The notes beneath the pieces were generated by a model. The model saw only the letters and a list, made by a program, of their open reading frames with translations, ran no database searches and was not told the origin of the DNA. A stretch of 64,000 nt of DNA, from the NCBI GenBank assembly GCA_010093995.1, contig ML992501.1, forward strand, positions 1,793,583 to 1,857,582, read 5' to 3'. Origin of the DNA: Elsinoe ampelina. Its lineage: Eukaryota. Below are positions 59,994-64,000 of this stretch, piece by piece. The translations under genes and the position numbers were made by a program. Within the stretch, counting starts at the first letter, position 1. Each line of letters begins with the position of its first letter.

Positions 59994-61902
59994 ATGAACT
60001 TCGGACAACAGCTTTCCCACCTCCACACGGAGGGATTTGGCCGACGTACTTCTGGGGATTTCTCGAGTCCGCAAATGGGCCCTGGTGAGATGCCGCCAAG
60101 CGGGGCGCCAAACGGACACATGCCCATGGTCATACCCGGACAAGCTAGAGGAATGCAGACTTATGGTTCCGGGTTCTCCGGAGCAAGAAGTCCACCAAAG
60201 CAAAAGAGTAGGTCGCTGTGTCGCAAACGGGTAGAAGCAAGGCTGACAACCGCAGGCACATCGCATGTTCCCTGCAAGTTCTTTCCCATAGGGCAGTGTC
60301 AGGCCGGCGCTGCATGTCAGTTCTCTCACGACCTCGACCCCACCAGGCAGAATGCGCCATGCAAATACTTCGCAAGGGTACGTTGTGCGCTTGACCGCCT
60401 ATATCTTTTGCTGACAGATCACGTAGGGAAGTTGCAAATTTGGTCAAGGGTGTGCTCTTATGCACGTTCTACCAGACGGTAGAGTGACGAATAGACCGAT
60501 AAGAGGTGGGCATGGCTTCAATCGCAGAGGTCAACACAACGGGCACATGTACCAGAACAGCCAAACATCGCCATTGACCATCAATCCCCACGACCCAAGC
60601 ACGTCTGCAGATCCGATGGCATATCAAGGTCAAGATCCTTCTTTCGCGTACACACATCAGCCGACTTCACCAGTCTTCAAGTCGGAAATATACCCTGGAG
60701 ACGGCTCACCAACTTTTGGATCACCACAGAACGACTACCTAAACCCTGTTCGATCTCCGCCGCGACCAGGTCTGAGTGCTCGCGATGCGCCAATGCCGAG
60801 TTCATGGGATAGTCAAGGTATCTCACAGGCTGCTCGACATGGTCCCTATGCTGCTTCGGTCCCAGGTCGATTTGGCCTCGAGTCGCCGCCTTCATCATAT
60901 CCCAACAAGGCTCAAATGGGTAACACTGCTCTTCGTGACATTCGAGATTCTGCATTTGGCGATACGGCGAATCTGGATGGCGTTCTGCATGGCCTCGGCT
61001 CATCGCCACGAGAGAATGAGCCACTCACCTTCTCAAAACGTCCTCTGCATTCCGAGCGATTCGCGCGATCAAGACCTTTTCTCTCATCTTCCTTGGACGT
61101 CCGGAATACGCAATTCCTCACCAATCTCGACAATTCGGATCTGGACGGAGGAGACTCGGACGACGGTGCCGGGGAGGATCTGTTACCTTCATCGCTCCAT
61201 GACTTGCTTCCTACTGACAGACCACGTCGTTCGTCGAAAAGCGGCTACCCTGAAGACGAGAACAACAGCCCCTGGACTTCGGCACCACGACGTATTTCTA
61301 GCAATGGTGGTAATGGAGAGTTCAAGACGGGATCGTTATCCCCGCATTCTGCTTCGCCATCGAGGTATAGCGCGATGTGGGCAGCTCGCTCCTCATCGAA
61401 ACAGGAGTCCGAAAGCGCGCTGACAACTACATTGGGACATGTCGGATCGCCTCTGCGTCCATCAAATCTACGCACAAGCAGCACACATACCTCGTCGCCG
61501 CCCGATGCCAACCCTGCTGCTCTTAGCATGCTGACATCTCAGCTCAAGCGTGCGAAGCTTAATGACAGCGCTTCAGGGTCACCCACGGCCAGTACTTCGT
61601 ACCTGTCTCCTTCTGCCTCTGGAACATCTCTATCTTCTCGGATTGGACCTACATTAAACGGAAGACATGGTCAAGGACTCGGCGCAGGGGAGCGGAGTCT
61701 GAGCGGCAATCTCAGCAACACACTCGGCCGTGAAAAGATCGAAGAGGAGAGTATATTCTCCATGGAGGAGGAGACCGGAGGTCTGGAAGGCAGCGAAGCA
61801 GAGCCGGGTGTCCAGCAGAGAAGTGGCAGCTCCGGGACCGCTTGGGGCATGGGCTCACCGACTGGCGCCGTTGGTGTCATCGGAAGTCAAAGGACGAAGT
61901 AG
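59994..61902 (+). CDS. Tandem CCCH zinc-finger protein (Lee1/Scp3-like)
   Basis: HVPCKFFPIGQCQAGAACQFSH and APCKYFAR|GSCKFGQGCALMH, with two introns (~60208-60255 and ~60378-60427) and an S/P-rich remainder. Confidence 0.85.
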
Positions 61903-62482
61903 GATGTTGCACAGAGAAGGCCCATTAGTGTTTGACTCGGGTCGCGAAGGCACACGTAACATATAACGACGGCACGAAAGCCACAAGGCAGACTAGCATA
62001 GAGCGAGGCACAGATGTGACCATGTTGCATATATTTAGGAGCATGTTGGTGTAGCCTAATCATGAAATGTTCTCCATCAGATCCCAATATAATACAGTCA
62101 TTCATTTCATGGTGTCGTCCTTGCAATCATGTCCACGCGCTTTCAATCTCACCTTGAGTTTATAGCACGTGAACGCCAAGGCATCCGCTGCGGAGCCGGA
62201 GGTGAGTGTACAGTAACTTCAAGTACTCGACCAACTTGACCTTTTCTTCACTGCGAACCCAACGTCATTTCTTTTGCGAACTCGACTCGACCGCTTCGTC
62301 GCTGCTCTCGCTGAATCGCTGCTCATCGATCATTTGAGAAACAGCAAGCTAATGGCCGTGTAGACTGAAATCCAACGAGCTTCCTCATCGAGTCCACCCA
62401 CCTACCTCCCACCGAATCACCTTTTCGTACACGTCACCCAGCGACCGGTCTTTCCGAGCTCCCAGCCGTACCTTCCGCGACT

Positions 62483-64000
62483 ATGAGTCAACCAAATGGA
62501 GGCCAAGGGGCCGGTGGTAATGGACCTACCATAGACATGATTCAACCACATCACATTGCCGGCATTCCCATTCTTAATGACGCGGACAAGCAGAAATACA
62601 CAAAGGGGCTGGAAAACCTTTGGAACATAGTCAAAACAACTCCGGCGGATTCTGAACAGCATCAAAAGGCAGTCAATAAGATTAGAGAGGTATCTCGAGA
62701 TCTGTTGCGCCGTATCGCGAATTCCAAGAATCGCGGAAACGCCCAAGCTCAAGGTCAGGCACAGCAAACGCAAGGTCAACAGTCAGCACAACAGTCTCAG
62801 AATCAGAACCAGAATCAAGGTCAACCACAGGGTGGTATACCGAACAACCCGCAAATTCAGCAACAGCAGCCGCCGCAAGCTCAACCACAAGCCTCACAAC
62901 CACAGCGCCAGTCATCGCAGCAAGGCAATAATCCGCAACAGATGATACTTTCGGAGACTGCCAAAAAGTTTTTGGCCCAGTTTGAGATATATCCCGGTCC
63001 CAACGTCCTGCCAAATACTCCTCAATTCGAGCAGTACAAGGCAAAGTTCACCGACCATCTCTCTAGGTGTTTGTATGCACAGGAGCGCTATTCTGCTAGC
63101 ATGAAAGAGTGGATGCTTCGCGACGAGAAACTGAAAGCTGCTGGCCAGTCCATGAGTCAAGAGCAGATCAAGAATCGAGAGAACCTGAAGGCGATGATGA
63201 CAAAAGCCAAGGCGGAGTTCGATAGGATCAAGAGCGACAATGAACGTAACAAGGCACTGTGGCAGCAAAGACAGCAGAACGCACAGCAGGGAGGGGATCA
63301 AGGCAACGGGAACAATCAGAACATGCAGGCTCAGGCTCAGGCGCAAGCACAGGCACAGGCTGCACAAGCACAAGCTGCGCAGATGAGACAGCAACAGGCC
63401 CAGCAGGCCCAGCAGGCTCAACAGGCTCAGCAAGCTCAGCAGCAAGCTCAACAGGCTCAGCGTCAGACTCCAGACAACCATCAACAGCAGCAAGCTCAGA
63501 CACCGCAAGCCATGAATGTTCCCACCCCGACGTCCAGCCAACCACTGCAACAACAATATCAGCAACAGCAGCAGGCCCGTCCCCAGCCAGTGCCGCAGCA
63601 GCAGCAAATGGGGCAACAAGGTCAGCAGGGTCAGCAGGCTGGCGCACCGCAGCCACTTTCACATCAAGCCGCTATTTCGGCTATCAACCGTACTTACAGC
63701 ACTGATCAACCTCCTCCTCAATCAAATGCGCCAACCTCACGCAGCACCCCAACTGCACAGACTCAGCCCACACCATTCCCTCAACCACCTGGAAGCAACA
63801 ACTTCAATTCATCCAAGATCCCCATTCCACAGAAACTCAACACTCCTCCCATCCAGCCAGTGCAAATGGCTCCAACCAGGCCAACTTTTGGCTCAGGACC
63901 ACAAGGCATGATGGGTCAGCCGGCTTTGCAGAAGCCTCCTGGATTCACTCTCGAAGGCGAAGAGGGCAGGGTGCTCAGCAAGAAGAAGCTTGACGAATTG
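62483..64000 (+). CDS. TAF12: TFIID/SAGA subunit TAF12, Q-rich N-terminus; histone fold begins at the window end
   Basis: Open frame from MSQPNGGQG through Q/A-rich repeats to [21 protein letters not shown], the start of the TAF12 histone fold. Confidence 0.88.
   Translation, partial: MSQPNGGQGAGGNGPTIDMIQPHHIAGIPILNDADKQKYTKGLENLWNIVKTTPADSEQHQKAVNKIREVSRDLLRRIANSKNRGNAQAQGQAQQTQGQQSAQQSQNQNQNQGQPQGGIPNNPQIQQQQPPQAQPQASQPQRQSSQQGNNPQQMILSETAKKFLAQFEIYPGPNVLPNTPQFEQYKAKFTDHLSRCLYAQERYSASMKEWMLRDEKLKAAGQSMSQEQIKNRENLKAMMTKAKAEFDRIKSDNERNKALWQQRQQNAQQGGDQGNGNNQNMQAQAQAQAQAQAAQAQAAQMRQQQAQQAQQAQQAQQAQQQAQQAQRQTPDNHQQQQAQTPQAMNVPTPTSSQPLQQQYQQQQQARPQPVPQQQQMGQQGQQGQQAGAPQPLSHQAAISAINRTYSTDQPPPQSNAPTSRSTPTAQTQPTPFPQPPGSNNFNSSKIPIPQKLNTPPIQPVQMAPTRPTFGSGPQGMMGQPALQKPPGFTLEGEEGRVLSKKKLDEL

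Noticed and set aside
62912..63619. 235-aa Leu-rich minus-strand ORF that looks like a membrane protein
   Set aside because: It is the antisense shadow of the CAG/CAA-rich TAF12 coding strand.

Overview
This window is gene-dense genomic DNA from a filamentous ascomycete (probably Dothideomycetes; inferred from gene content, short GT-AG introns and RIP). It carries about 22 protein-coding loci: COP-alpha (partial), a modin-like protein, the NsdC/Usv1 C2H2 factor, a MUP1-like methionine permease, a PTH11-like membrane protein, an amidase, a small Cys-rich secreted protein, Kar9/MigA, alternative oxidase, acylphosphatase, peroxisomal alcohol oxidase, a PL4 rhamnogalacturonan lyase with an in-frame stop, a divergent biotin carboxylase/carboxyltransferase pair, a CorA Mg2+ transporter, FCP1, a secreted S/T-rich protein, a CCCH zinc-finger protein and TAF12 (partial). 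Three features stand out. (1) A ~4 kb island (43.3-47.3 kb) holds a GIY-YIG-like nuclease fused to C2H2 fingers, with one premature stop. It is bracketed by oppositely oriented copies of a ~47-bp motif and by a dense CTACCAG cluster, so it is a candidate undescribed selfish element. (2) The carboxylase pair carries a PTS1 (AKL), a PTS2-like nonapeptide and inverted FarA/FarB-type sites in its shared promoter, which suggests a peroxisomal acyl-CoA carboxylase. (3) A complete, RIP-mutated PIF/Harbinger-related transposon (56563-59665) has perfect TIRs and an AAT target-site duplication. All family assignments come from motif recognition, not database searches.
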